The position numbers and the translations under genes are program-made. Of a DNA stretch of 34,262 nt, positions 7,791-16,671 are shown in pieces. Origin of the DNA: a virus. The notes under the pieces were generated by a model. It made no database searches, was not told where the DNA came from, and was given only the letters and a program-made list of their open reading frames with translations. The stretch lies in IMG/VR virus record IMGVR_UViG_3300038701_000543; one strand, 5' to 3'. How positions within the stretch are numbered: the first letter of the stretch is position 1; each line of letters begins with the position of its first letter.

Positions 7791-9796
7791 TGGCTCGCTC
7801 GGCGCCCGCGTTCAGCTCGTTCACCGCAGGTGAGGTGTCGCCCCGGATGGAGGGGCGGGTCACGCTGGACACCTACCGCGAAGGTCTGGCCGACATGACC
7901 AACCTTCTGGTGCTGCCGCAGGGCGGCGTCACGCGGCGGCCTGGCACTGAGTTTCTGGGGGAGATCAAGGATAGCTCCAAGGCTGCGCGACTGATCCCGT
8001 TCCAGTTCAAGACGTCGGACACCTACATCCTCGAGTTCGGGGACCAGGTGATGCGGGTGTTCCGCAACGGCCTGCAGGTTCTGGATGCGACTGACAAGAC
8101 GATCACGGGCGCCACGCAGGCCGACCCGGGCGTGATCACGTCGAACTCGCACGGGTTCAGCGATGGCGACGAGATCTACATCGACTCGATCGCCGGGATG
8201 GTGGAGCTGAACGCGCGGAACTACCGGGTGGCGAACGCGACCACCAACACGTTCACGCTGACTGATCTGTTCGGCAACGACATCGATACGACGGCCTTCA
8301 CTGCCTACACCTCGGGCGGCACGGCCACCGAGATCTACAACGTCGCGACGCCTTACACTGAGGCTGACTTGCCGAATGTCCGTTTCGTGCAATCGGCTGA
8401 CACGATGTTTCTGGTGCATCCCAGCTACGCAATCCGGAAGCTCACGCGCTCGGCGGACAACAACTGGACGTTCTCGACCGCGTCGATCACCGGCTCGCCC
8501 AGCCCCGCGCTCAATACGAGCGCCGACAACTACCCCAGCGTCGTGACGTTCTTCGAGCAGCGACTGGTTTTCGGCGGCACGAACAACAACCCGCAGACGC
8601 TGTGGTTCTCAAAGAACGGCGACTACGAGAACTTCACCACCGGCACCGGCGACGATGACGCGCTGATCTACACGATCGCCTCGAACCAGGTGAACGCGAT
8701 CCGGTATCTGTCGGCCACGCGCGTTCTGACGATCGGCACGACTGGCGGCGAGTACGTGCTGACAGCGACCAGCGACGGCCCGGTAACGCCGAGCGAGACC
8801 GTGATCCGCAAATACTCGAACTATGGATCTGCCGCGGTTGAGCCTGTGCAGGTGGCCGACGTGACGCTGTTCGTGCAGCGCGGTGGCCGGAAGGTCCGAG
8901 AGTTCAGGTACGTCGGCGACATCAACGTGTCTGCCTACCAGGCGCCCGACGTGACTGTGGTCGCGGAGCATATCACGGTCGGCGGCATCACTGAGTTTGC
9001 GTACCAGCAAGAGCCTGACGGCGTCGTGTGGTGCGTGCGCGCGGACGGCACGCTCCTGGGGCTGACGTACCGCCGCGAGGAAGAGGTGGTCGCCTGGCAC
9101 AAGCACGTGATCGGCGGTGAGTACGACGGCGGTCAGGCGGTCGTGGAGAGCATCGCCACGCTGCCCAGCGACACCGGTGAGGACGAGCTGTACATGCTCG
9201 TGAAGCGCACAATCAACGGCGCGACCAAGCGCTACGTCGAGCAGATGCGCTCGTTCAACTTCGGCGGCGCCACGACCGGTGCGTTCTTCGTGGACTGCGG
9301 CCTGCGGTATTCCGGCTCAGCTGTCGGCTCGCTGAGCGGGCTGTACCACCTTGAGGGCGAGACTCTGAGCGTGCTGGCCAATGGCGCAACGCACCCCGAC
9401 CGCGAGGTCACCAACGGGGGCATCGTCCTGGCGTTCAACGCGACCACCGCGGCGATTGGCTACGGCTACACGAGCAGTATGCAGACCATGCGGATTGAGG
9501 CTGGGTCGGCTGATGGCACGTCGCAGGGCAAGCCCAAACGGATCCACGCGATCACGCTGCGGCTGCTTGAAACGGTCGGGATCGAGGTCGGAAATTCGTC
9601 CAGCGAAAACGATCGCGTGTTTTTTCGTGACAGTTCGATGGCGATGGACCAAGCTGTGCCGCTGTTTACCGGCGACAAGGACGTCGAGTTTCCCGGAGGC
9701 TATGACAACGACGATCGGCTGTATATCCGTCAGACACAACCGCTGCCGATGAGTGTGCTTGCCCTCTTCCCGAGGATGAACACGTTCGACAAATGA
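7790..9796 (+). CDS. Tail tubular protein B / nozzle (T7 gp12-like)
   Basis: 668 aa with ...FTAGEVSPRMEGRVTLDTYREGLADMTNLLVLPQGGVTRRPGTEFLGE...PFQFKTSDTYILEF. It has an inserted beta-barrel module ITGATQADPGVITSNSHGFSDGDEIYIDSIAGMVELNARNYRV. TGATG coupling to the gene upstream. Confidence 0.75.
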   Translation: MARSAPAFSSFTAGEVSPRMEGRVTLDTYREGLADMTNLLVLPQGGVTRRPGTEFLGEIKDSSKAARLIPFQFKTSDTYILEFGDQVMRVFRNGLQVLDATDKTITGATQADPGVITSNSHGFSDGDEIYIDSIAGMVELNARNYRVANATTNTFTLTDLFGNDIDTTAFTAYTSGGTATEIYNVATPYTEADLPNVRFVQSADTMFLVHPSYAIRKLTRSADNNWTFSTASITGSPSPALNTSADNYPSVVTFFEQRLVFGGTNNNPQTLWFSKNGDYENFTTGTGDDDALIYTIASNQVNAIRYLSATRVLTIGTTGGEYVLTATSDGPVTPSETVIRKYSNYGSAAVEPVQVADVTLFVQRGGRKVREFRYVGDINVSAYQAPDVTVVAEHITVGGITEFAYQQEPDGVVWCVRADGTLLGLTYRREEEVVAWHKHVIGGEYDGGQAVVESIATLPSDTGEDELYMLVKRTINGATKRYVEQMRSFNFGGATTGAFFVDCGLRYSGSAVGSLSGLYHLEGETLSVLANGATHPDREVTNGGIVLAFNATTAAIGYGYTSSMQTMRIEAGSADGTSQGKPKRIHAITLRLLETVGIEVGNSSSENDRVFFRDSSMAMDQAVPLFTGDKDVEFPGGYDNDDRLYIRQTQPLPMSVLALFPRMNTFDK

Positions 9797-9810
9797 TGTA
9801 GAGTCAACGC

Positions 9811-10329
9811 ATGCTCTTTCCTATCCTCAGTCTAGGCGCGACATTGCTGGGTGGCATCTCCCAGCGAAACGCTGCTGACAAAGCAGCGGACGCTGCCAGC
9901 CGCGCCGGGGAATACAACGCGCAGCTGATCGAGCGCGACATCGGGCTGCTGGAAAAGCAACGTGAGATCATCAATCGGAACTTCCTGGTGGAGGGGCAGC
10001 GCGCGCGGACGTTCTTCGAGCGCGATGTCCAGGGCGCCGTGCGGGCTGGGTTTGGGTACGCTGGCATCGACATGTCGCAGGGTACTCCGCTCGACGTCTT
10101 CCGGGAGAATGCGCGGGAGTTCGAGTACGAGCAGACTGTTGCGCAGATGAACAACGAGATCACGAACATGCAGATCTCGGACGAGCAGGAAACCTCGCGG
10201 CTGAACGCGGAGTTGTCGCGGATGGAAGGCGGCGCGCAGGCGTCCGGCATCCGTGCCCAAGGCACCTCGAGCCTGATCCGGTCGTTCGGGTCGGCTGCGC
10301 AGCAAGCATATGAGTTCAGGCTGTTGTAA
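9811..10329 (+). CDS. Internal virion protein (gp13/14-position)
   Basis: 172 aa with a hydrophobic N-terminus MLFPILSLGATLLGGI. It sits in the position of T7 gp13/gp14. Confidence 0.6.
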   Translation: MLFPILSLGATLLGGISQRNAADKAADAASRAGEYNAQLIERDIGLLEKQREIINRNFLVEGQRARTFFERDVQGAVRAGFGYAGIDMSQGTPLDVFRENAREFEYEQTVAQMNNEITNMQISDEQETSRLNAELSRMEGGAQASGIRAQGTSSLIRSFGSAAQQAYEFRLL

Positions 10330-12080
10330 TGCGGATACCTGTCTATCGAAGCCAAGCGCAGCGGTCCAACGAAGCCCCAGGGCGGCGGATCACTGCCCGC
10401 ATGAACGCGGCACCCTTCATCCGGGCTGAGCTGGAGCGGGGATCTGTTATCGGCGAGGTGATGACTCAAGTCGCCGAATACGGCCTGATGCGCCACAAGG
10501 CGGCGGTCGAGGTGCAGATGAGCGAAAGCCTTCTGGCCGCCGAGGAGGAGATGCGCGCCTACGCTCGGCAGATGCAGAACTCGCCGGACATCCAGAACGT
10601 CTTCCGCCCCGACGGCACGGGCCTTTGGGCGGATGGCACCGCCGGGATGCGCGATCGCCTAGCGGACAACATCCAGAGCCGCTCGGCGCGTGACGAGTTC
10701 AAGGCCAGGTTCAACCAGCGCGAGCAGGCAATGCGGTTCAGCCTGCAGGATGAGATCGATGCTCGGATCAAGGCGCGCGCTGCGGCTGCCCATGCGGCGC
10801 GCATGAGTGCGCTGGAGGACAGCCTGTCCGATCCGTTCAACGCGGCGACGCAGGACTATGAGATGGCCGTTCTGGCCGTGGGCACGGAAAGCGACGCGGC
10901 GGTCAGGAGCGGCATCGCCACGCCGGAGACGACCCGCGTGATGAACGCGCAGCTGGCGAAGAGGGTCGCCGAGCGCACCGCTGCGGCTTACGTCTTCGAC
11001 GACCCGACGCGGGCGGTGGCTCTGGCCGAGGCGCTGGACCTGCAGGACGAGGTGGACGCTGGGCGGCTGACCCCAGAGGAGGCGTACGCCAGGTCTGGCC
11101 TGAGCGACGACGCGGCCTATACGCTCTTCACGCTGGACGCTATCCCGCGCGAGCAGGCGCTGGAAATCATCTACGACACGCTGTCTCGGTCGAACCGGCT
11201 GTATGAGGCTGCCGAAACGCAGCGCGCGCGCGTCGAAGCAAAGATGGGCGAGTCGTTCGGCAACGACTACCGCGGGATGTTTTTCTTTTCGGACCCGGCC
11301 CGCGACTACACCGCCAACGACGTGATCCGCATGGCCCCCGGCGTGGCGGCGATGGCTGGCTTCACGAACGACCCGACCGCGACTGTGTCGGCGGATCAGG
11401 TGCGTGATGCGTTCATGACCTACTTCGACACGTTCAACTACCTGACGCCGGAGCAGCGGCGCCAGATCGACACGGCGTTCAACCGCTCGCCCGCTTCGTC
11501 GTTTGCGCCCGAAACCAACCGCGACGTCTACACCGACCTGTTTGCTCGGGCGGAGGCGGGCAACCTGACGGTAGTCGGCCTGAACGCGGCGCGCGGATCG
11601 ATCACGTCGGACAACTACACCACGCTGCTCAGCAAGATCGGCGCCGAGGCTGACGACGCGCTGAACGATGCGAAGAGCGTGGCGCGTCTGCGATTTGGGT
11701 ACGACGAGCGCATGGCCGTCGATACTGACAGCGCGCGGCAGGCACAGGCGGCGTATTTCTCTGTCGCGTCTCAGCTTGAGCAGATGGCCACCACGCGCCG
11801 CGCGCAGGGCAATCCGATGACGCGCGCCGAGATGAACAGCGAAGCCGATCGTCTGGCGAACCAGCAGCTTGAACTGTTCCGCACCGCGCTGCGCGGCGAT
11901 CGGGATCAGTACATCGAACTCAGCATGTCGAGTATCCCTGACATCGGCTTCGAGAACCCGCTGGCGGATCTGGAGGCCTGGTGGGCTTCGCTGGATGAAG
12001 AGGGCCAGCGCAGCTTCCGCAGCGACTATGCGCGCCACAAATTCACGTTGCTTGACTACCAGAGCAGGATGAGCCGCTGA
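10329..12080 (+). CDS. Internal virion protein (ejection-apparatus position)
   Basis: 583 aa, helical, Ala/Arg/Glu-rich. TAATG coupling upstream and TGATG coupling downstream. Confidence 0.6.
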   Translation: MRIPVYRSQAQRSNEAPGRRITARMNAAPFIRAELERGSVIGEVMTQVAEYGLMRHKAAVEVQMSESLLAAEEEMRAYARQMQNSPDIQNVFRPDGTGLWADGTAGMRDRLADNIQSRSARDEFKARFNQREQAMRFSLQDEIDARIKARAAAAHAARMSALEDSLSDPFNAATQDYEMAVLAVGTESDAAVRSGIATPETTRVMNAQLAKRVAERTAAAYVFDDPTRAVALAEALDLQDEVDAGRLTPEEAYARSGLSDDAAYTLFTLDAIPREQALEIIYDTLSRSNRLYEAAETQRARVEAKMGESFGNDYRGMFFFSDPARDYTANDVIRMAPGVAAMAGFTNDPTATVSADQVRDAFMTYFDTFNYLTPEQRRQIDTAFNRSPASSFAPETNRDVYTDLFARAEAGNLTVVGLNAARGSITSDNYTTLLSKIGAEADDALNDAKSVARLRFGYDERMAVDTDSARQAQAAYFSVASQLEQMATTRRAQGNPMTRAEMNSEADRLANQQLELFRTALRGDRDQYIELSMSSIPDIGFENPLADLEAWWASLDEEGQRSFRSDYARHKFTLLDYQSRMSR

Positions 12081-13408
12081 TGGCCGATCTGATCCCGAAG
12101 AACACTGACGAAGAGATCGAGCGCTACATGGAGGCGGACATGGTCCGCCGCGCGCGCATCCCGATGGAGGGCAACGCCGCCCTCAAGTTCGAGGCAGATC
12201 CGATCACCAAGCGCGAGAACGCTTACTTTCCGCTGTCGTCCGGCGGCTACGTGAAGATCGGCGAGCGCGCCGTCAAACCCAAGGACACGGCCAAGACGGA
12301 CGTGCTGGCCGCGGCGCGCGACATCCAGAACGATGCGCGCGGCCCGATCAGCGAGGTGATGGGCGGGGCTGAAGGTCCGACGATGGCGGACTATGAGGCC
12401 GCTGGTTTCACCGAGGCTGAGGTTCTCGCGTTCCAGGCTCAGGAGGAGGCGCGCATGCTGGCGCAGCCCGGCATGCAGGTGCCGGTGCAACTGACGCCTG
12501 AGCAGGTCCAGTTCGGAGTCGATGTCGGCGCGCCGATGACTGCACCGCGTGCGACGACCTTCCGCGATCGGGTGCGCGACGTAGCCTATAGTGGTCTGAG
12601 CGAGTTTATTGACGACCCCAATCAACTGCGGTTCTGGTCTGATTATCTGACTGACGTGGCGGATATCATGGTCCCAGGCGTTGGCGGCGCGATCTCCACG
12701 GATGAGGGCGCGCGCCTGTTCAATCAGGGCGTCGAGCAGGGCAATGCCATCGACATGCTGATTGGGGGCGGCCTGACGACTTTGGGCGTCGCTGAGATGG
12801 TTCCACTCGTGCGCAGCTTGAGCGGCCCAGCACGTCAGGCACTGACTGAGGGCCTGTCGCCTGCAGCCAAGAACCTGCTGGCTGACTCGATCGGCGCCAG
12901 CCGTGCGATCGTGCAGCGTGACAAGGACATGCTGCTCGAGGTCTTCCAGCCTGCCGGGACGCCGCGCAGCTTGGGGGCTGCTGCGCCTGACCCGGAAACA
13001 GCGGGCGCCGTAATCCGACCAGATGATGTCTATCGTGGTGAAGGCACGCCCCGCATCACTGTGCGAGAAACCAACGAGCCTTTCGTTACCAGAGGTACAC
13101 AGCAAAGCCAAATTGACGACATGATACAGTCAGGCTTGGTCAGGCCAAAGCCGGGCGGCTATGGAGCCAACAATTCAGCACAACTGTATTTTGGTGAGTC
13201 GTCTGAGGTTTTACCGACGAGCATCTTTGGCCGCCCATCAGAAGAACGCTTCGTTCTCGTTGGAGACTCTAATAAGTTAGCGGGAACTGAAGGCCCGATA
13301 CCGATTGACCAGTTGCGTCACGTTTGGGTCGTCAGGGATGGCGAAACGGTAGACATTCTGCCAGAGATGCTGCGGGCCAACCGCGAGTTTGACAACACAG
13401 GGCAGTAA
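12080..13408 (+). CDS. Internal virion protein with a compositionally distinct C-terminal module
   Basis: 442 aa. The last ~130 codons (about 13000-13408) fall to roughly 45-53 percent GC by hand count of 60-nt blocks, well below the flanking sequence. Confidence 0.6.
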   Translation: MADLIPKNTDEEIERYMEADMVRRARIPMEGNAALKFEADPITKRENAYFPLSSGGYVKIGERAVKPKDTAKTDVLAAARDIQNDARGPISEVMGGAEGPTMADYEAAGFTEAEVLAFQAQEEARMLAQPGMQVPVQLTPEQVQFGVDVGAPMTAPRATTFRDRVRDVAYSGLSEFIDDPNQLRFWSDYLTDVADIMVPGVGGAISTDEGARLFNQGVEQGNAIDMLIGGGLTTLGVAEMVPLVRSLSGPARQALTEGLSPAAKNLLADSIGASRAIVQRDKDMLLEVFQPAGTPRSLGAAAPDPETAGAVIRPDDVYRGEGTPRITVRETNEPFVTRGTQQSQIDDMIQSGLVRPKPGGYGANNSAQLYFGESSEVLPTSIFGRPSEERFVLVGDSNKLAGTEGPIPIDQLRHVWVVRDGETVDILPEMLRANREFDNTGQ

Positions 13409-13410
13409 GA

Positions 13411-16400
13411 ATGGCCATCGACCCCACAACCCTCGCAGACGAGCAGACCCAGCGCGCGGCCCTGGCAGCCCAGGGCGCGCCGACTGAGTTTGCCCAAGGC
13501 CCCGAGCAGGCTGTGCGGGTCGCTGGGCCAGCCGCTGAGGGCATGTTCGAGCTGCTGAGCAGGCTGGGGCGCAGCGTGCAGGAAAGCCGCCCCAGCGGCC
13601 AGCCTGTGCGCCCTCCGACGCCGCAGGAGACCGGGATCGTCGAGCAGCCCGGCACGCTGTCGATGCGTGGCGCAGCGGCTGAGGCTGCCCCGCAGGTTCT
13701 TTCGGATCAGGGCCTGCAGCGCTTTCAGGAGATGCAGTATCGCGCTCCGACGCCGCAGGAGCTTGCCGCCGGGCAGGCTGGCCCTCAGGCGCCGAATGAC
13801 GTGCTGCAGTCGGCAACCGAGGCGCTGGACGCCGAGGCGACTGCAGCCGCTCAGCAGGCCGAAGAACTGCGCACGGGCGCCCAGCGCGCGCTGACGGCAG
13901 AGCAGCGTGGCTTCGGCCCGGAGAGCGGCGTGGCGTCGGAGCAGATCACCGACGAGGTGCTGGCGCAGCTGAGCGCGCAGGAACTGAACATCAAGAGCCT
14001 GGCCGATGGCGGCGACTTCAACTTCGACTACCTGACCACGCCGGACGACGTGAAGGCGGCCATCACGGCTGTCGGCGATGTGCTGGCAGATCCGCAGGCC
14101 GCCGTCACGCGCGGCGTCCGGACCAACGAGGTCACGAATGCGGAAGCCGCCCGGCTGGTGGCAGACGAGGTCGGCATGACTCGTCGGCTGCTGTCGCGCC
14201 GGATCGGAGATGGCGCGCTGAACGCCGAGCAGATGGTTGCTGCGCGCGAGCTGCTGGTGCGCTCGGCCACCCGGCTCACGGACCTGGCAGAGGCGATCAA
14301 GAGCGGGCAGGCGACCGCAGCGGACAGGCTGGCATTCCGTCGCCAGCTTGCCATCCACAGCGGCATCCAGCTGCAGCTGAAGGGCGCGCAGACTGAGGCA
14401 GCCCGCGCCCTGCAGTCGTTCCGCATCCCGGTCTCTGGCGAGCTGGACGCGGCGCGGCTGAACGCCGAAGCGCAGCGGATGCTCCAGGACGGGAACCTGG
14501 ACGAAAGCACGAACGCTCTGGCCGATCGGCTGCTGGCCACCAGCGCGCTGCCCGAGAACGAGCGGCTGACGGCAATCAACCAGATGACCGAGCGCGGCTG
14601 GTACGCGCGCACCAAGGCCGCCGTGCACGAGGCTTACCTTGTCGGCTTGCTGTCGAACCCTGCCACGCAGGTCAAGAACCTGGTCGGCACTGCTTCGTTT
14701 ATGATGTATCAAGTACCGGCTGAAATGATGGCCGGGGCATACGGCGCGGCGCTGCGCAACACATATGGTCGCATGCGCCCGCGCTACCTGACCGAGGATC
14801 AGGTCTACATGCAGGATGCGTTCCTGCGGATGAAAGGCTGGACTGACAGCTTCCGCGACGCGCTCCGATCTGCATCTGTGGCCTATCGCACCGAGATGCC
14901 GTCAAGCATGGCCACCAAGCTGGATGTCGAAACCTTTGAGCCTGGCATTGCCTCGAGCCGCGGCGACATCTTCGGACGAGCGATCAACGAGTTCGGCAAG
15001 CGGGCGCGCATTCCGTTCCGGATGCTGCTGGCGGGCGACGAGTTCTTCAAGACGATCTCGATGCGTGGCGAACTGTACGTCGCAGCTAACCGGCGCTACC
15101 AAATGTCGCTGCGCCAAGGCCTCTCGCAGGAAGAGGCGATCGACAACGCAGGCATGGTGCTGCTCGACCCGCGTGCCGTTCGGGAGGATCTGGACCTCAA
15201 CGCGCGCTACAACACGATGACCAGCGACCTCGGCACGTTCGGCAAGGTGGCCAATGAGCTGCAGCAGACCGCGTTTGGCCGGTTCATCCTGCCGTTCGTC
15301 ACCGCGCCGACGAATGATGTGCTGCGCACGACCGAGTTCATGGGGGTCAACCCGAAGGCATGGGCTGACATGGCGGGCCAGAACGGTCCACGCGCGCAGC
15401 AGCTTGCAATGGGCAGGCTGTCAGTCGGCGCGGCGACGATGGCGGTTGTGGCTCAATACGCAACCGGCGGCCAGATCACCGGCTCGATGCCGTCCGACCC
15501 GAAACTGCGCGACGCGCTGCCGCCGGGCTGGCAGCCCTACAGCATGGTCTTCCGTGGCGACGGGTTCCCGACCGACGAAGACGGCGATCCGCTGCCGCTG
15601 TACGACATCTACGGTCGGCCCAACGGCCCGCTGACCTACGTCAGCTACGCAGGCTACGGACCGCTGACCTCGGTGATCGGCATCACGGCGGATTCCACCC
15701 AGCGCATGACCATGACGCGCGACCCGGAGCAGCGGAACAACATGGCGGCAGCCGCGCTACTTGCGACAGTCGATTACTACAAGGAATTGCCCATGCTGCA
15801 GGGCATGGGCGATGTGGTGGCTGCGCTTGAGTATGGGTCGATCGAGCAGCTGCTGCGCGGCCCGGCGCAGGCTGCGACACCGATCGGCGTTCCCAACCCG
15901 TGGAGCGCATTGCAGCGTTCGGGCGCTCGCATTCTGGACCCGACTCGCGTCACGCCGCGCGACGACATGGAATACTACACGCTGGAGGAAGTGCAGGCCG
16001 GCGCTGCGGCTGGTGACGCGCGGTTCTTGCTGCCCAACGGCGAAACCGATTTCCGCATGGTCGGTATGCCGCGCGGCGACTGGGAAGCGTCGGCCAAGCA
16101 GATCTTCGGCGCACTCGACGCCTATCAAGCGCAGGACAGCGTGTTCCGCAGTGAGCGCGACGCCAACGCAGTGATGTACGACACGCTCGGCAACGTGATC
16201 GGCGCAGAAGACGTCAGCATCTCGAACCGACCCGGCCTCGCAATCTGGAACTCTACCACCGGCATCCGCATCGTTCCCGGCCAAGAGCTGACGCCGCTGG
16301 AAGAAGAGCTGATGCGGGTTGCCGCGCAGACCAACGGATGGCCGCTGCGCAACCGGGAAAGCATGAACGGCATGCGGCTGGGCGCTGGCGCACAGTCGGA

Positions 16401-16671
16401 TCTGACCAACCAGGCGCGCAACGAGGTGGTAGGCACCAGGATTGCAATGCCTGCGTATAACGGCTTGGATTTTCGCGCCGCATTGATGCGTGAGATTTCC
16501 AGGCCAACATACATTCGCGCATCTGATAAGGAAAAGGCGCTGGCATTGCGTCGTGTTGAAGATGCGTACTACAACCGAGCATTCCAGATTTTGCTCACGA
16601 TGCCTGACTATGCTAACCTCGCGCAGGCATACCAGGACAAGCAGCGCCTCGAACAGCAGGGCTTGAGATGA
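13411..16671 (+). CDS. Large internal virion / ejection protein (T7 gp16-position)
   Basis: 1086 aa, the largest gene. It lies between the smaller internal proteins and the tail fibre, as in T7-like genomes. Confidence 0.65.
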   Translation: MAIDPTTLADEQTQRAALAAQGAPTEFAQGPEQAVRVAGPAAEGMFELLSRLGRSVQESRPSGQPVRPPTPQETGIVEQPGTLSMRGAAAEAAPQVLSDQGLQRFQEMQYRAPTPQELAAGQAGPQAPNDVLQSATEALDAEATAAAQQAEELRTGAQRALTAEQRGFGPESGVASEQITDEVLAQLSAQELNIKSLADGGDFNFDYLTTPDDVKAAITAVGDVLADPQAAVTRGVRTNEVTNAEAARLVADEVGMTRRLLSRRIGDGALNAEQMVAARELLVRSATRLTDLAEAIKSGQATAADRLAFRRQLAIHSGIQLQLKGAQTEAARALQSFRIPVSGELDAARLNAEAQRMLQDGNLDESTNALADRLLATSALPENERLTAINQMTERGWYARTKAAVHEAYLVGLLSNPATQVKNLVGTASFMMYQVPAEMMAGAYGAALRNTYGRMRPRYLTEDQVYMQDAFLRMKGWTDSFRDALRSASVAYRTEMPSSMATKLDVETFEPGIASSRGDIFGRAINEFGKRARIPFRMLLAGDEFFKTISMRGELYVAANRRYQMSLRQGLSQEEAIDNAGMVLLDPRAVREDLDLNARYNTMTSDLGTFGKVANELQQTAFGRFILPFVTAPTNDVLRTTEFMGVNPKAWADMAGQNGPRAQQLAMGRLSVGAATMAVVAQYATGGQITGSMPSDPKLRDALPPGWQPYSMVFRGDGFPTDEDGDPLPLYDIYGRPNGPLTYVSYAGYGPLTSVIGITADSTQRMTMTRDPEQRNNMAAAALLATVDYYKELPMLQGMGDVVAALEYGSIEQLLRGPAQAATPIGVPNPWSALQRSGARILDPTRVTPRDDMEYYTLEEVQAGAAAGDARFLLPNGETDFRMVGMPRGDWEASAKQIFGALDAYQAQDSVFRSERDANAVMYDTLGNVIGAEDVSISNRPGLAIWNSTTGIRIVPGQELTPLEEELMRVAAQTNGWPLRNRESMNGMRLGAGAQSDLTNQARNEVVGTRIAMPAYNGLDFRAALMREISRPTYIRASDKEKALALRRVEDAYYNRAFQILLTMPDYANLAQAYQDKQRLEQQGLR

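Noticed and set aside
13000-13408. ADP-ribosyltransferase (R-S-E) signature in the low-GC C-terminal module (VYRG ... PTS ... EER).
   Set aside because: The spacing between the candidate Arg, Ser-Thr and Glu elements does not fit known ART domains, and there is no ExE. Only the compositional anomaly is reported.
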